Assembly (NCBI GenBank): GCA_951406725.2
Contig: OX597814.1
Location: 156,798,001 to 156,862,000 of the forward strand
Origin: Octopus vulgaris
Lineage: Eukaryota
Reading direction: 5' to 3'
DNA: 64,000 nucleotides
This document shows, piece by piece, positions 23,746 to 37,359 of this stretch. Numbering within the stretch: position 1 is the stretch's first letter; the number at the start of each line of letters is the position of its first letter. The translations under genes and the position numbers were made by a program. The notes beneath the pieces are model-generated. The model made no database searches. It was not told the DNA's origin and was given only the letters and a program-made list of their open reading frames with translations.

Positions 23746-24555
23746 TTCTCATCCATACAATTCACAATGGAAAAGGAAAAAGACAATCAGCTGGCATTCC
23801 TGGACTTATTAATAACACGCATCAAGTATGGATTCATGACATCCGTATACCACAAGCCAAACTTTACTGGACAATACCTCAACTTCAATTCCCAACATCC
23901 ATACAGTGTAAAGTGAGGGATTGCTCAATGCCTCAAACATCGTGCAAAGAATATAAGTAGCGATCATGATACACACCACGAAGAAATGATCAAGCTCAAT
24001 AACGATCTGTTAAGCAACAAGTACCCCAAAAGTTCACTATCCACTCCAATTATGAAGAAGAGAGAGGATGAGGCAAATAAACTGTCCACAGTCTGTCTAC
24101 CCTATGTGAAAGGCCTCTCCGAAAAGATATGCAGCCCATATAACATCAGGATAGTATTCAAGAGTAATACAACACTTCACAAATATCTCCTTCGAGTAAA
24201 ACCACCAACAGAAGAGAATATGACCAAAGACTGTGTGTGCTCCATCCCATGCAGCTGTGGTAGGTTATACAAAGGTGAAACATGCCGCCCCCTCAAAGTA
24301 AGGGTAGACAAACCTCGCAAAGCTGTGACACAAGGAGATATTGATAAATCAGGTATAGCTGATCATGTATGGAAAAATGGAGACCACCTCCCTCTGTGGG
24401 ATGAAGTTAAAATAATAGACAGAGAACACCACTGGAAAATACAAAAACTAAAAGAAGCAGCACATATGCTAGGATACAACAACTTCCTAAGCAGACCGAG
24501 TGCAGTTATGAGCAGCATATGGGAACCGGTATTAAGGAATGATAGTATCATTTAA
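23746..24555 (+). pseudogene. Penelope-like element: RT C-terminus, linker and GIY-YIG endonuclease (5'-truncated, disrupted)
   Basis: IQFTMEKE / DNQLAFLDLLI / SVYHKPNFTGQYLNFNSQHP, then ORF 23986-24555: CLPYVKGLSEKI...CVCSIPCSCGRLYKGETCRPLKVRV...SGIADHVW...WDEVKIIDRE...KLKEAAHM. Confidence 0.92.
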
Positions 24556-25311
24556 GGTATGTGATGAGTAGTGTTAAATTATTGTGGTTTAAATATTACA
24601 ATGATGAGGAGGATGATAATTAATGGCTGTAGAAGCAACTGCATGGTCAAGAAGTTTACTTTGCAACCTTGTGTCTTAGGTTCAATCCTACTCCATGGTG
24701 TCTTCAGCAAGTGGTTTTTTGTAACAGCCTTCTATCATAGTTTTCTACTATAGCTTTTAGGTATATCAAAGCCTCACAAGTGAAATTTGGTTCACAAAAA
24801 TTGTTCAAAAGTCAAAATACCTTAGAAGTGATTGCTCCAGTTTGGGGGTAATAAACTAAGCTTAATGCCAACACCTGGCTCTTGAGTACTGTTAACCAAC
24901 TCCACTCTGTGGATTTGGTTATAAGTACTCAAGCAAGCATCCAAGCCAAGACTCTAGTCTGAAGGCAACTTCCTCCTACAATTCAGAGAGATCTTGAAAA
25001 GGAACATGGAAACTTTCCTTCCTCCCTTGACGGTAAGAGCCAGTCATCACTAGAAGCTGAGTATGGCTTGGTAACAAGTACCATGCTTTCATTAATTGTT
25101 TTAGGTGATTCTACAACCATGAACAAACACAGACATGCTCTCATTTCTTCCACCCTTTTAAACCCAACAGTGTATAACAGGTGTGACAGATGGATGGGGA
25201 GAGAGAGCTGCATAACCTTGCTCAAGGGCATGATGTGCCGTCCAATTCAGGAAATGACTATGGCATTATGATTGTGAGCCAAACAACCTAACTACAAAGC
25301 CACTTTTTTTT

Positions 25312-25609
25312 TTATTTATGCACCCTTTTCAAGCCAAGCCATGCCCATGGGCCCGGTTTCCCGGGCTTATGTGTTCCCCCCAGCTGGACGGGACGCCAGT
25401 CCATTGCAGCATTACTCAAGAAACAGGAAGAAAGAGTGAGAGAAATTTGGGACAAAAGAGTACAACAGGAGTCACCATCACCCCCTGCCGGACCCTCATG
25501 GAGCTTTAGGTGTCTTTGCTCAATAAACACACACAACGCCTGGTCTAGGAATCGAAACCGCGATCCTCCGACCACAAGTCCGCTGCCCTAACCACTGGGC
25601 CATTGCGCC
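25312..25609 (-). mobile_element. tRNA-derived SINE (family F), young CpG-rich copy
   Basis: The minus strand reads GGCGCAATGGCCCAGTGGTTAGGGCAGCGG (A box)...GGTTTCGATTCC (B box), with an A-rich tail at about 25303-25318. Confidence 0.85.
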
Positions 25610-26440
25610 ACTAGCCACAAAGCCACTAGCCTTTCATATATCTCCTTTGACTAAGTCATTAAAAAACAACTATTCATCAAAAGAAGTTATATGAATTATA
25701 ATGAATTATGAATAGAATTTTAAAAGCAAAAAAAACACAACAACTATAAATTAAATATCATTGTTAGATAAAAGACGATATTAAAATCTTGATTAGCTAG
25801 AAGCATGTAAAATATTTAAGAATGTTTCCAAATGAAATTAGGTTTTATAACTAAATAATATATTTGAAGATATTGCATGACATGACAAGAAAGTTATAAT
25901 CCTCGTGATATATGAGAAAGTATACCGGACAAATAGCATGCTGTCTTGTGATAGCATTCTATTTGCTTAAAGCTACTTACATCTGAGAAGAAAGTCTTAT
26001 TGGTATTTCATGCTGAACATTGCAAATACTAATGTCAGCAACAAGAAAGTATTGTTTGAGAAAAAAAAAAAATAAGAAAATGCTTCAAATAATTTACTTT
26101 TATGTAATATACTTCAGATATTTAATCTGGTTTTAAGACTTTGTTTCTCTCTCTCTTCTTTCACTAACTGGATATTAAAATAGAGAGAGGTAGAACAGAG
26201 ACGAGTAAAGAGAAGAGAAGAGACTCAGACAGACTGAGTTAGATATACGTAGAGAGAAGTGAGAGTGACAGAAAGAGAAAGCAAGGATCAGAGAGAGAGA
26301 GAGAGAAAGAGAGAGACACATGCAGACTTTTAAATACACATTGAGAAAAGTGGGGGTAGAGTGAGAGAAACAGAAAGCAAGGGTATGAGAGAGAGAGGAA
26401 GATGGAAAGAGAGAGAAGTCTAGTGTGAGAGCATGAAAGA

Positions 26441-26516
<76 letters not shown>

Positions 26517-27027
26517 CACGAGTACTTTTTATATGATATTAGGTGACAAGTATTTCAAAGAATTTCCTCAGAAGCATTTATAATATAATGATACCAACAT
26601 ACATAGCATGATAAGTGATACGAGAAATATTTCAAGTTTCTAAAGAAGAGAAAATTAATATTTCTGAATAGAACAGCATTTCATAGAAAATTATTTGTAA
26701 TGAATTGTTAAAGAAGAAAGAAAAACTTCCATTTAGAGACTACTCCACTATAGAATGTCTCCTGATAATAGCAGCTCATAAATTGTTTGCATATGTAGTT
26801 GTCCGACTAAAATCTCTTTGATAGAAAAATCACCTTTCAATTAACCTTTATTGAGTTATTGATGTCAGTACAAAACATCTATGATCAATGCGAACATTAT
26901 CCTTAGTATATTACTGTTTACTAATGTTATATTCCTAAATTGGCCAACAAAAGAGTATATGGTCCAGTTACCTAAATGTACATACAAAATCATTTCTCTC
27001 ACTCTCATGTATGTGTGTGTGTGTGCG

Positions 27028-27385
27028 CATGTGTGTGTGGTAAGAAGCTTGCTTCCTAACCACATGGTTCCAGGTTCAGTCTCACTGCATGGCACCTTCT
27101 GAGTGGATTTGTTATACAGAATCTCGAAGAAGTCCGTAATATATTTATATTTTTATCTGTGTGTCTTTGTGCTCATGTTTGTGCCCAACCATTGCTTGGC
27201 AACTGGTGTTGGTGTGTTTACATCTCTATAACTTAGAGGTTTGACAAAAGATATCGATAGAATAAGTACTAGGTTTAGCAAAAAAAATTTAGTACTGGGG
27301 TTGATTCATTCGACTAAAAATTCAAGGCAGTGCCCCAGCATGGCCACAGTCTAATGACTGAAACACGTATAAGAAAATAAAAGAT
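27028..27385 (+). mobile_element. SINE family A
   Basis: Head GTGGTAAGAAGCTTGCTTCCTAACCACATGGTTCCAGGTTCAGTC and tail CCAGCATGGCCACAGTCTAATGACTGAAAC. Confidence 0.85.
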
Positions 27386-28092
27386 ATATATTATACACAC
27401 ACCCCCCATTATTTTCTATCTACTTTCTGTGCTACAACTGAACAAGTTGTCATAACCTGAGCCAGTTCTTAACTGGAGCTTCAGCCCTCCAAGATGGATG
27501 AAAATACCGCATTTATGTTTTGCTTTTGTGAAACATAAATATTTCATTTTTGTTTTGTTTTCTATAGCCATATGTCTTTCCTATCACAGACCACTTTGCA
27601 GAGTGTACTGGGTACGTTTTATGGCACCAGTACTCAAAAGATTGCCATATCACTAAGATGATTAAGAAAATGGTATTCTAAACCCTACATCATCACCATT
27701 CTTTTTGCCTGTAACTTTATAGAGTGAACTGGGTGCATTTCATTGTGGTACCAGCATTACTCATAGGCACAAACTAAACAGTGGCCACAAGGCAATATGG
27801 ACCCCTTAACTTTTTGTAAAACTGGTAAGAGATGTCGTCTTGAAACTTTAGAGAACCAATACAATGTTGGTAATGGATAAATGAATATATGGAGTCATTT
27901 AGATTAGTATCAAACCAATCACTTTTCTTCCCAAGATGCTAAGGTAAAATAGCAGAATGTTACTTATTAAATATTTCATTTTTGTATTTGGTTTGTAAGA
28001 CTCTTGATGTGAACTTGTGTTGAAACAGATTTAGTTGTATCCTGGGTGGATCATTATGCCAATAATTTCACACAAATTCTATTTCACTTCTT

Positions 28093-28288
28093 TTATCATT
28101 ATTATTATTATTATATTCATTATTATTATTATTATTATTATTATATTCATTATTATTATTATTATTTTATTTATTATTATTATTTTATTTATTATTATTA
28201 TTTTATTTATTATTATTTTATTTACTATTATTATTATTATTTTATTTACTATTATTATTATTATTTTATTTACTATTATTATTATTAA
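28093..28288. repeat. (ATT)n-derived microsatellite
   Basis: Directly visible. It produces the poly-Ile and poly-Tyr spurious ORFs. Confidence 0.97.
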
Positions 28289-28969
28289 TCAATTTGCTAA
28301 CATTTAACCAGTTAAGTAAAACAGTTTGATTAATCATTTAATCAATCAACCAATCAGGGTTTGTCAAAGTCCTTTCATCATTTAGTCAATCAAGCAGGGT
28401 TTGTTAAAGTCCTTTCATCACCATTCACAACCTCATCAATGACATGCCCTCCCAACCCTAAGTCAGCACAACTCCACAATTCATTTACATAATGGTACAA
28501 GTTTGGCAACCTGATAATAGTTACTGGTGCCAATACAGTGTCATAAGCGTATTTCCTCTCATGCCTGGCACAGTTTACTTTACACTTTAATAGAGTAACT
28601 GCCCCATTATTTTACATCAACATCTTGGGAATTAGAGGTAAGTGATACTTTATGACCTGTAAAACACAGCAAACTCCAATAATGTTGATACTTGTTTCAA
28701 ACTGCCAAAACAACCCTGCCGGCATAAGCTTCGGTGTCAGGCTAAATTTAGATGGATATTACTCTGTACTTTTTAGTTTCGAGAAGCAAGCTGATACAAG
28801 TATGAGTAACAAAATCACTGTTTCGCAAACATGTATGTTGAAGATATAAAGTAACAATGATTGTGGAGAAATGGGTGATGAAATTTGGAAGAAACAATGT
28901 TTATACAATTCTTATCTCAATTTGATATTTGGGATTGCGCTTGAATAGATTAAAAAAACCTGTTTATAG

Positions 28970-29124
28970 GTGCAGGCATGGTTGCATAGATAATTAGCTC
29001 ATTTTGAATCATGTATCTTCCTTGCTGTGCAGCACCTTGGACAAGTGTCTTCTACTATAGCTCCAGACTACTCAATGACTTGTGAGTGAATTGCAGAGAT
29101 AGAAACTGGGAAGACTAGTGTGTA

Positions 29125-29168
<44 letters not shown>

Positions 29169-29390
29169 CCTGTCTGTGTCACACTCTCCAATCACTGCTT
29201 GACAACCAGTGTTAGTTTGTTTGTATCCCCTTAATTCAGTGCTTCAGCAAATGAGACCAACAGCATAAATATCACACTTAAAAAAAAATAATAACAAGTA
29301 CCGGGATTGATTTGTTCAATTAAAACCTTTCAAAGCAGTGCCCCAGCATGGCCACAGTCCAACGACTGAAACAAGCAGAAGATAAAAGAA
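28970..29390 (+). mobile_element. SINE family A, diverged
   Basis: CAGCACCTTGGACAAGTGTCTTCTACTATAGC ... CCAGCATGGCCACAGTCCAACGACTGAAACAAG. Confidence 0.8.
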
Positions 29391-29648
29391 ATATAACAAA
29401 ACCACCATAATAAAAGATACACTTTTAATTCTTTGTCAAAGACGTAGGAGTGATATATTGGCTGAAATGTCAAAATATGATCTCTCTCACTCTCTCTTTT
29501 TCTCTCACATATGAGATGATGTCAATGATGATGATGATGATGATGATAATGAAGAAAATGCAAATTGTCAATAGCAATCAACTACTTTTATGTCAGTGTA
29601 TTTCATGTGGTGCACCGTTGTCTATTATTGCTCAATAGTAATAGAATA

Positions 29649-29884
29649 TTAACTTTTTCATTATCACATTCATATTAAAATATATGGCCTTTGTTTCAAT
29701 TAACTTTGAAAATAATGAAGAACTTAGTAAAAAAACTTAGTCATTATTAGTCAGGTGTTAAGAACATAAATTAACATAAAAAATTTAAATGTAAGGTTTT
29801 AAGTTGGATCACATTAAAACAGGGAGGAAATTTGTTTCGGAGAACAAAAGACAGGTTTAAGTGGATTCGTATCAAAAGCATTAA
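29649..29884. mobile_element. Old TTAA MITE related to family P2
   Basis: TTAA-bounded, with internal GAAGAACTTAGTAAAAAAACTTAGTCATTATTAG...GAACATAAATT similar to 7835-7890. A similar old copy lies at about 40116-40381. Confidence 0.55.
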
Positions 29885-30116
29885 CAAAGATTAAGACTAG
29901 TTAAAGAATGTCACAAGAGACAATATAAATCAATTTAAATTCCACTGTTGTCTCCTTCCTTTTCTTGTCATTGACTTCAAGACTAATTCTGCCTTTCCTA
30001 GAATTAGTCATTAAGTCAATGATACATTCTCATTACATACGTAATTTTAACTGAATAAAACATCATGGGTCACTATAGGTATGTTTACACCCACTTTTAC
30101 TATATATCACATGAAG

Positions 30117-30445
30117 GCACATAGCTTAATGGTTTGAGTGTCGGGCCCACAATCATGAGGTAGTGAATTTGATTCCTGGACCGGGCTGTGTATTGTGTTC
30201 TTGAGCAAGACACTTTATTTCAGATTGCTTCAATTCACTCAGCTGCAGAAATGAGTTGTGACATCACTGGGGTCAAGCTGTATCCACTTTTGCCTTTCCC
30301 TTGGATAACATTGGAGGTAAGGAGAGGAAAAGCTGGTATGCATGGGCAACTGCTGGTCTTCCATAAACAACCTTGTCTGGACTTGTGCCTCAGAGGGGAA
30401 CTTTGTAAGTGCAACCCCATGGGCATTCATGACCACAGGGGTTCC
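30117..30445 (+). mobile_element. tRNA-derived SINE family E
   Basis: A-box-like TAGCTTAATGG, B-box-like ATTTGATTCC and CORE-like TTGTGTTCTTGAGCAAGACACTTTA. It is homologous to 9322-9755. Confidence 0.8.
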
Positions 30446-31689
30446 ATCTTCTATCTCAGACAGAGATCTTTTTTTCTGAGATTATTTTGATAAGATGTTA
30501 TCCAGGCATAGCTGTGTCATTATGAAGTTCATTTTGCACCCATATGGTTTTGGGTTCAGTCCCACTGCACAGCACCAGGTCAATCAAAGTCTTGTGAATG
30601 AATTTGGTAGACAGAAATTGTGTGGAAGCCCATCAAATATATTTATATTTATTGGAGCCCAGCGCAGCCTCCTGGCTTCCCAGACCCTGGTCGAACCGTC
30701 AAACCCATGCTAGCATGGAAAATGGACGTTAAACAATGATGATGATGATGTATGCATGTATGTCTTTGTACCTGTGTTTATCCCCCAATATCAGTTGGAA
30801 ACCAACAGTGGTTTGTTTATGTCTCATAACCTAGCAGTTCAGCAAAAGAGACCTGGAGAATGAAAATACTTAAAATAAGTACTAGGGTCAACTTGTTTGA
30901 TAAAAAGTTCTATGAAGAATTTCCTTTCCCTAAAATATTAGAATTTCTGTCATTCTGGTATATTGGCAATATCCATTTTTAATGTTAAGAAAACCATTTT
31001 GACCAATGTAAGAAGGAAGCCTCTACATAGTTATTTTACCTGCTAAAAATAACAGCCAAATTTCTCTCAAATCATACCTACTCTCTTTTTTTTAAAAAGA
31101 AAAGAAAATATATTGAATTATGTGGTCTAAGATAGATGCAGATTAAATTAAATGCTCTCGATCATAGTTGTTATGTTTTTTTTTCTCTGAGAATAAAAAC
31201 TTTTATCAGATTGTAATATTTTCTATGAAACTAATATACTGAACTGAGGAAGAAAACTTCTTTCATTTCATTTTTTTTTTTTTTCTAATATATTTTTGAA
31301 GATATAAATTATCAAAACATAATACTCTTTTTTTTTATATAAAACTATATTTAGAAAAATAATTACTTTATAAAATTCCAAATATGCAATAACTTCAAGT
31401 GTGATAAGATATTTTTATACTATTCAATGTGTTCAAGCTTAATACACATGACTGGCATTAAAAAAGATTTCTGAAAGAGGTTTCACTAACCTGAGATTAT
31501 CTCAATGTAACCTGAAGATTCCATTTGACGCAAATACAATTATACACAGAACAAAACAACAATAACAAAACAAATGAGCAAATAAAGAAATTTTTGCAAG
31601 GTCACTAGATATCAGCTAAAATGAAAATAGCCACCAAATCTCCCTTAAAACTCACCCAACTATTTTTAGCACTTGATACACACTCTCCT

Positions 31690-31892
31690 TTACCTTTACT
31701 TTTTTCAGTCATTAGCCAGCAGCTATGCAGCAATGCTTGAAGAATTTTTAGCCAACTGAATCAATCTTAATACTGCTTTTTTAAGCCTGGTACTAATTAT
31801 ATCAGTCTCTTTTGCCAAACTACTAAGTTATAGGAATGTAAACACACCAACACTGGTTGTCAAATGGTGGTGTGGGACAAACAGACAAAAAG

Positions 31893-31924
<32 letters not shown>

Positions 31925-32042
31925 GCATGCATGCATCCATACACCCTACATCCACAGATACAATGAGCTTCTTTCAGTTTCTGTCAACCAAATTCACTCA
32001 CAAGGTTGGCCCAAGGCTGTTGTAGAAGACACTTGCCCAAGA
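31690..32042 (-). mobile_element. SINE family A, diverged
   Basis: CTTCTTTCAGTTTCTGTCAACCAAATTCACTCACAAGG...AGAAGACACTTGCCCAAG on the + strand. Further diverged copies lie at about 30505-30900 and 32215-32590. Confidence 0.75.
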
Positions 32043-32859
32043 CAAAAAAAATTAAAAAGTAAAAACAGACCACCTTAATCATAGATCTCCTCAAGAAGTG
32101 AAGAACTATAGCTAAACAATATAACAATAGTTGCTCCATGTGTTATTGTTGATGATGCTTGGAGCTGAATCAACTTTACTTCTTAAAATATAAAATAAGA
32201 TTCTATATATGATCATGGGCATTGCTGCGGAGTGAAGAAGTTTGCTTCCCAGCCACACATCTTAGACATGTGTCTTCCACTACAGCCCCAGGTCAAACAA
32301 AGATTTATGTATGGAACCGACAGAGAAACCGAAAGACATTTGTTGTACACTCGTGTGCACGTGTATGTTGACGTTGTATAGTAGTTATAAATGAATAATA
32401 CCGTCACACAAGCCAAGTAAGCCATTTCCAATATTATGCAAAAATATGTCTAGCCAAAGGTAAATATTACCTTTCTTAGCAACATATTAAGGCTGGCCAT
32501 ATGAAGGGTTTCTGGCCATAGAAAATCTGCCTCAATAAACTGTCTGACCCATACAAGCATGGAAAAGTGAACATTAAAATAACAATGTTGGTGATATAGT
32601 CACATGATCAATGTTTTCACCCTAAATATTGCTCCTCACTGTGAACAAATTTTTCTGATATTTAGAATATAGAAACTTTGGCTATCATTGTAAGAAAAGT
32701 TATACAAAGTGGGATACAGAAATGCTATCATGAGAGGTTGTGGCATAAAGTGAATTCCTGAGAAAAAGACTACTCCAAATAAACCCAAATAAATTTATAA
32801 TCCCTCCTTTTGAATTACTACAAGATTTCTGTTTCATGCAATCATTCCAGATTGATGAA

Positions 32860-33075
32860 GTGGCACTGTTCTGAAAAGGGGTAAATCTCCAGATAAAGAG
32901 GATATTTCTAGACCTGGATAGAACTGAGAAGTGGTGACATTGCTAAGATAAGCCCATACAAGGTATATGTAGTTGACAATAAGAGACCCATCACTCAACT
33001 AAACACAAAGTTAAAGATTTTGGTAAAGGTACTCACAAGAGATTAACTCTTCTTGTCAGTAGCAAAAGCTTGGTG
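32860..33075 (+). pseudogene. Degenerate L1/Tx1-type reverse transcriptase fragment
   Basis: Remnants LKRGKSP, VVTLLR and RPITQLNTKLKILVKVLT resemble the RPI(T/S)LLNxxxKILxKxL motif of L1-clade RTs. Confidence 0.55.
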
Positions 33076-34430
33076 GTTGGTGTAGATCAATGAGTGCATC
33101 TTTACCTTTCAGTTAAAAGACCCCTTTTTGGATATAGTCTAAGATGCTTTTGTGTGTAGCAACAATACTACCAGGTCTTCTCCTTTACACCTTCCTTATA
33201 CCTGTAACCATAAATTAACCCTTCAAACACATCTATACTTTGATGATGTCCCTGCCCCTAAACATTTCAACTTTCTTCTCATGACACACAAGGTTAGTTC
33301 ACCATTAACATGATCATCAACATCATCATCTATTTAATATCTATCTTCCATGTTAGCTTAGGTTAAACAGTTTTGACAGAATCCAGTGAATAAAATGACT
33401 GTGATGAGCTGCAGTGTCTGTTTCAGCATGGTTTCTATGGTTGGATGCTCTTCCTGACACTGGTTTATTTTGTAAAATTTAGCAATATCTCATACTAGAG
33501 GTGTCGTTGATAAGACATGTTCTATTCAGATTATCCTAACTTTAGTCCAATCAATTCCTCCAAACACATAAAAAAGAAAACTCCTTACAAACTAGTGACA
33601 AAGTTTTTATGAGGCTGCTCAACCTGCTAGAAATTGTAGCCAAAACTCCTTTATACTAAAACCTACTATCTTAAAAATTAACACATTGGATAATAAAAAT
33701 GTAGTTCAAGAGAGACTGTCTGAGAGAAAATGAGATGTACAAAGCTGGAACGCCAAGTCAATCACAGCTGGCCAGGAGTTAAACAAGATCATAGACCTAA
33801 CTTTTTTTTTAGTCTCAAACCGTGAAGCCTGTTAAGTTTCATCAATTATACATATAACAAGATTTCTGCAGTTTCAACTAATAGGTTTTGAATCTAGTGG
33901 TAGACACTTGCCTAAGGTGTTGTCTGTTGGATGGAAAAGGAGGGTTAAACTAATGAGTCCAACACTCATAGAAGATTGTTTTTCTGTACTATAAGAAAAA
34001 AAAAAAAAAACAAGCAAGAAAATATGACTGCCATACTTAACACAGATTTTACTATGTAGATGTAAACAAGTTGTAAATCAGAAGATAGCTGTCATTGCAA
34101 AGACAGTAGGAGGGAAAACTGACAATTATGATGAATCAGGGAAATGGAAACTGTTGTATTAAAGAAGTAGTAGTAATGGTAGGATTATTGAAACATAAAG
34201 TGAGATTCATTGAAATAGTAAATAATTTATCAGGAAAGCTGATTATAAAATATAACACATATTTCTTAGACTTTTTTTAAAAATTAATATAAAACAGAAA
34301 TTGTAAGAATTTGAGTCATTTGAATTTGTGAGTCATTTAAAGATTTTCTGATCATTTAATGACTATAACAAAAGATCAAGGCACTCAGCCATGTGATTGA
34401 GTAATTAGTTTGTAGTTGGTTGTAAGTTAA

Positions 34431-34651
34431 CCCTTTCATTACCAACCCGGCTGAAACCGGCTCTGGCTTTGTAGTACAATTGTCTTGTTTTCATAAGTTT
34501 TGAATTAAAATCTTCCACCAAACCTTAGTCATAATTTATGTTCCTAACACTAGCTGAATGATAACCAAGTTATTTTGCTAAATTCTTTATTATATTTAAA
34601 GTAATTGAAAGAAACACAAAGCATCTCAAAATAAATACAGTAACAAAAGGG
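34431..34651. mobile_element. piggyBac-type MITE family P2, opposite orientation to the 7771 copy
   Basis: TTAA-CCCTTTCATTACCAACCCGGCTGAAACCGG ... GTAACAAAAGGG-TTGA. Confidence 0.9.
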
Positions 34652-34719
34652 TTGAAATATGTGTATGTGTGTTGAAGTCAACTGACAGGGAGAGATGTAA
34701 AAGAATATAAGTGGGATAC

Positions 34720-34930
34720 ATTGGTTTCAAATTTTGACACAAAGCCAGCAAGTTCATAGGAGGGGGTCTGGCTGATTACACTGACCCCAGTGCTCAACTG
34801 GTACTAATTTTATCAACCCCCACAAAAAGATAAAAGGCAATGTCAGCCTTGGCAGAATTTGAACTCAGAATGTGAAGAATGATGAAATGCAGCTAAGCTA
34901 AGCTAAAGACTCTGCCAGTTTGCCACCTAC
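34720..34930 (-). mobile_element. SINE family B (Meta-domain-like)
   Basis: CTGGTACTAATTTTATCAACCCC...AAAGGCAATGTCAGCCTTGGCAGAATTTGAACTCAGAA. Other copies lie at 40565-40925 (two) and 45015-45500. Confidence 0.75.
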
Positions 34931-36611
34931 AAATGTGGGATATAATGAAATAGTATTTAACAAAAATATTGGTTCTAGAATCTTACATACTTTTTTTTTT
35001 TTGTAGAGAAGTTTTTAAATTGGAATAAAATTTTAGAAATAAAAGTAAAAATACTTAAACTCTAACATATACTACAGTAAGGATTTTCAAGTTTCCAACT
35101 TGTTATGAAAGCATTTATAATAATAGAAGTAATTTTTGTAGAGAACATGTTGTGTAGTACTAATTTACTGAAAAAAATCACTTGTATGATGATATGTACT
35201 TTAAGAGTTTTGTAGTTACATTGAAATTATTAAGCAGAATGTGTGCTATGCCTACTAAATTTCTTTTAAACTGTGTGTGAGAGAGAGAGGAGAGAGAGAG
35301 TGGGGGAGAAAGGGTAGGAAGAGATCTAGTATAGACCTTAGAATTTTTTTCATCATACTAAATACTACTGTTCCCACCCATACCAGCATGGAAGGCAGAC
35401 GTTAAACAATGATGATGATCATCATCCTTACTCTCATGCTTAACATCTTATTTCTATTTCTTGAATTTTTATAGCTCTTCAACTTCCTTCAGAGAAATGT
35501 TTGCACAGATCAAAATATCTATCAGAGATCATGTAAATCTTTGATTACCATGTATAAGCAGCTTGCTTCTATGTCTCTGTCAGTCTACAAGAGTATATTC
35601 CACAATAGTGGTTGGGAATCTTTTTTTTTTCTTTTTGTTAGACTGTAGTTACAAATGCAGTTATAATTTTAACTGATTAATAATTATTATTATGATGATA
35701 GCCTACACTTAGCTATAAGTTTACACAGATTACATACTGAACAAACAGCTACAACTGATAGCTTTTAGAAGAAAGCTCTAGTACTTTCTGTGTGATCTGT
35801 ATTATATGCTGGTTGCAGCAGCACTGAAAAAATAAGCTACACTGAATTTTGACACTTCATCTTCACAGCAGAAAACATCATCAATATATCAATAAAAATG
35901 ATAAAATTTTATTTTTAAAGATCTACTCAGACAACAAAGAAATGAGTTTAAAATAGAATTAGTGATTTCTAATTTAATTTTTCTGTAGCAAAATTATGCT
36001 AATACGGCAGAAGTAACTGAAGCTGTTCAGAGCTAATTTAAGAATATTACCACAGCAAGTCTGCTGCAAAGATAAAAGAAAATGAAATCATTTTAGAGAA
36101 ACGTTAGTCAGTTATCTTGATTGTTAACATGACACCTGAGAAATATTCTGATGCAATATTCATGGTTCCAGTTTCAAGAATGTTGGTTGTTGTTTAGGTT
36201 GAAAGCAGCTTTGAAACATTATTCAATCTTAGCTAGTAATAAACTGTATCTCAACATAATAACCAGACTCTTGACATGCAACAATAGATGTATTCAATTT
36301 GGGTTTGAAGGATCATTCTCAGTCCTAACCAGTAATGAAAAGATCATCCAGTATTTTATTCAGTCTAATAATAAAAAAATTTTTAAATGTCAGAGGAAAC
36401 TTGTAGTGGCCTATGATAGTAACAATGACACAAGGAATTTCGTCAATTTGGATGAATTCATATACAGCAGGGGAAAAGAGAAATCTGGTAATTCAGGATA
36501 AACTCTCTGTCTGAGAAAGCAACAAAACAAATATTTTTGGCTATTTTCCTTTGTAAGGCAGGAATTAGCTTTGTAGGACCTATGACAGTCTTCCTCATTT
36601 TGTATTGTACT

Positions 36612-36753
36612 CACTAGCATAGTTAAAGTGTGTGCCACCCAGGGTGGCCCTTCCGTTTATTGCCCCTGGACCCCACAAAAAGACATATATTGCTTATAGC
36701 AGACCCAAAAGTGCCGCCCAGGGTGGACTTCCCCTACCCCAGCTATGCAAATG
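36612..36753. mobile_element. hAT-type MITE, 142 bp, with a perfect 8-bp target-site duplication
   Basis: ATTGTACT at 36604-36611 and 36754-36761. Imperfect TIRs CACTAGCATAGTT / AGCTATGCAAATG and an internal direct repeat GTGCCRCCCAGGGTGG. Confidence 0.8.
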
Positions 36754-36943
36754 ATTGTACTCATCATGATTTCCTTTCCGAAGTAGTATTTTATGGTCAA
36801 ATTCTTTTCCTGAGGGCTATCCTTTTAGCTGCCTTTTATTCATGCATGGAAATGGTATATCTTTCCTAAAAGTAGGACATATACAGTTTGAGAGAGAACA
36901 AAATGTTTTATTTCTGGTATATGCAACTGAAGTGGTATTACAT

Positions 36944-37359
36944 TAAAATAGCCATCTCTGTGTCATACTTAATGTAAAAAAAATCACTGCTAACAGGAAA
37001 GTTACTGCAGTTTTCATCTGAGATAAGCTGTTTAACATACACCAAATTATTTATTCAGCCCAGCAGCTGTTCACAATACCAGTGAATGCTTTATTCACTG
37101 TTTCCTAAATCAGATGTGACAAATCTCATCTCGGCATGTAGCTGGCTGTCACTACACATCACTGACAAGACTTAACAAGGCTGAAATGTATCTTGTATTT
37201 TCACTGGACACTGCTGGGAAGAATTTTCATCTTCTTCCAATATGTACTGAGTTTTTAATACAGCACATCTATAAGAGATATTATCTCAGACAAAAACTGC
37301 AGTAATGTGCCTGTCAGCAGGGCATATGCATTAAATATGATACATAGATGGTTATTTTA
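36944..37359. repeat. Long degenerate palindromic element (about 415 bp)
   Basis: 36944-37026 pairs with 37281-37359. Inner pairs are CCCAGCAG/CTGCTGGG and CCAGTGAA/TTCACTGG. Confidence 0.8.

Noticed and set aside
25540-25609. Functional tRNA gene (also the head at 50972-51045)
   Set aside because: A and B boxes are present, but there is no complete cloverleaf and the sequence continues into a SINE body.
28712-28745. GC-rich hairpin resembling a Helitron 3' end
   Set aside because: The stem is imperfect, and no CTRR terminus or matching 5' end was identified.
36151-36501. 116-aa ORF (likewise 44441-44785 and 50435-50800)
   Set aside because: AT-rich, with no recognisable domain or splice support. 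The 50435 ORF lies inside a non-autonomous transposon.
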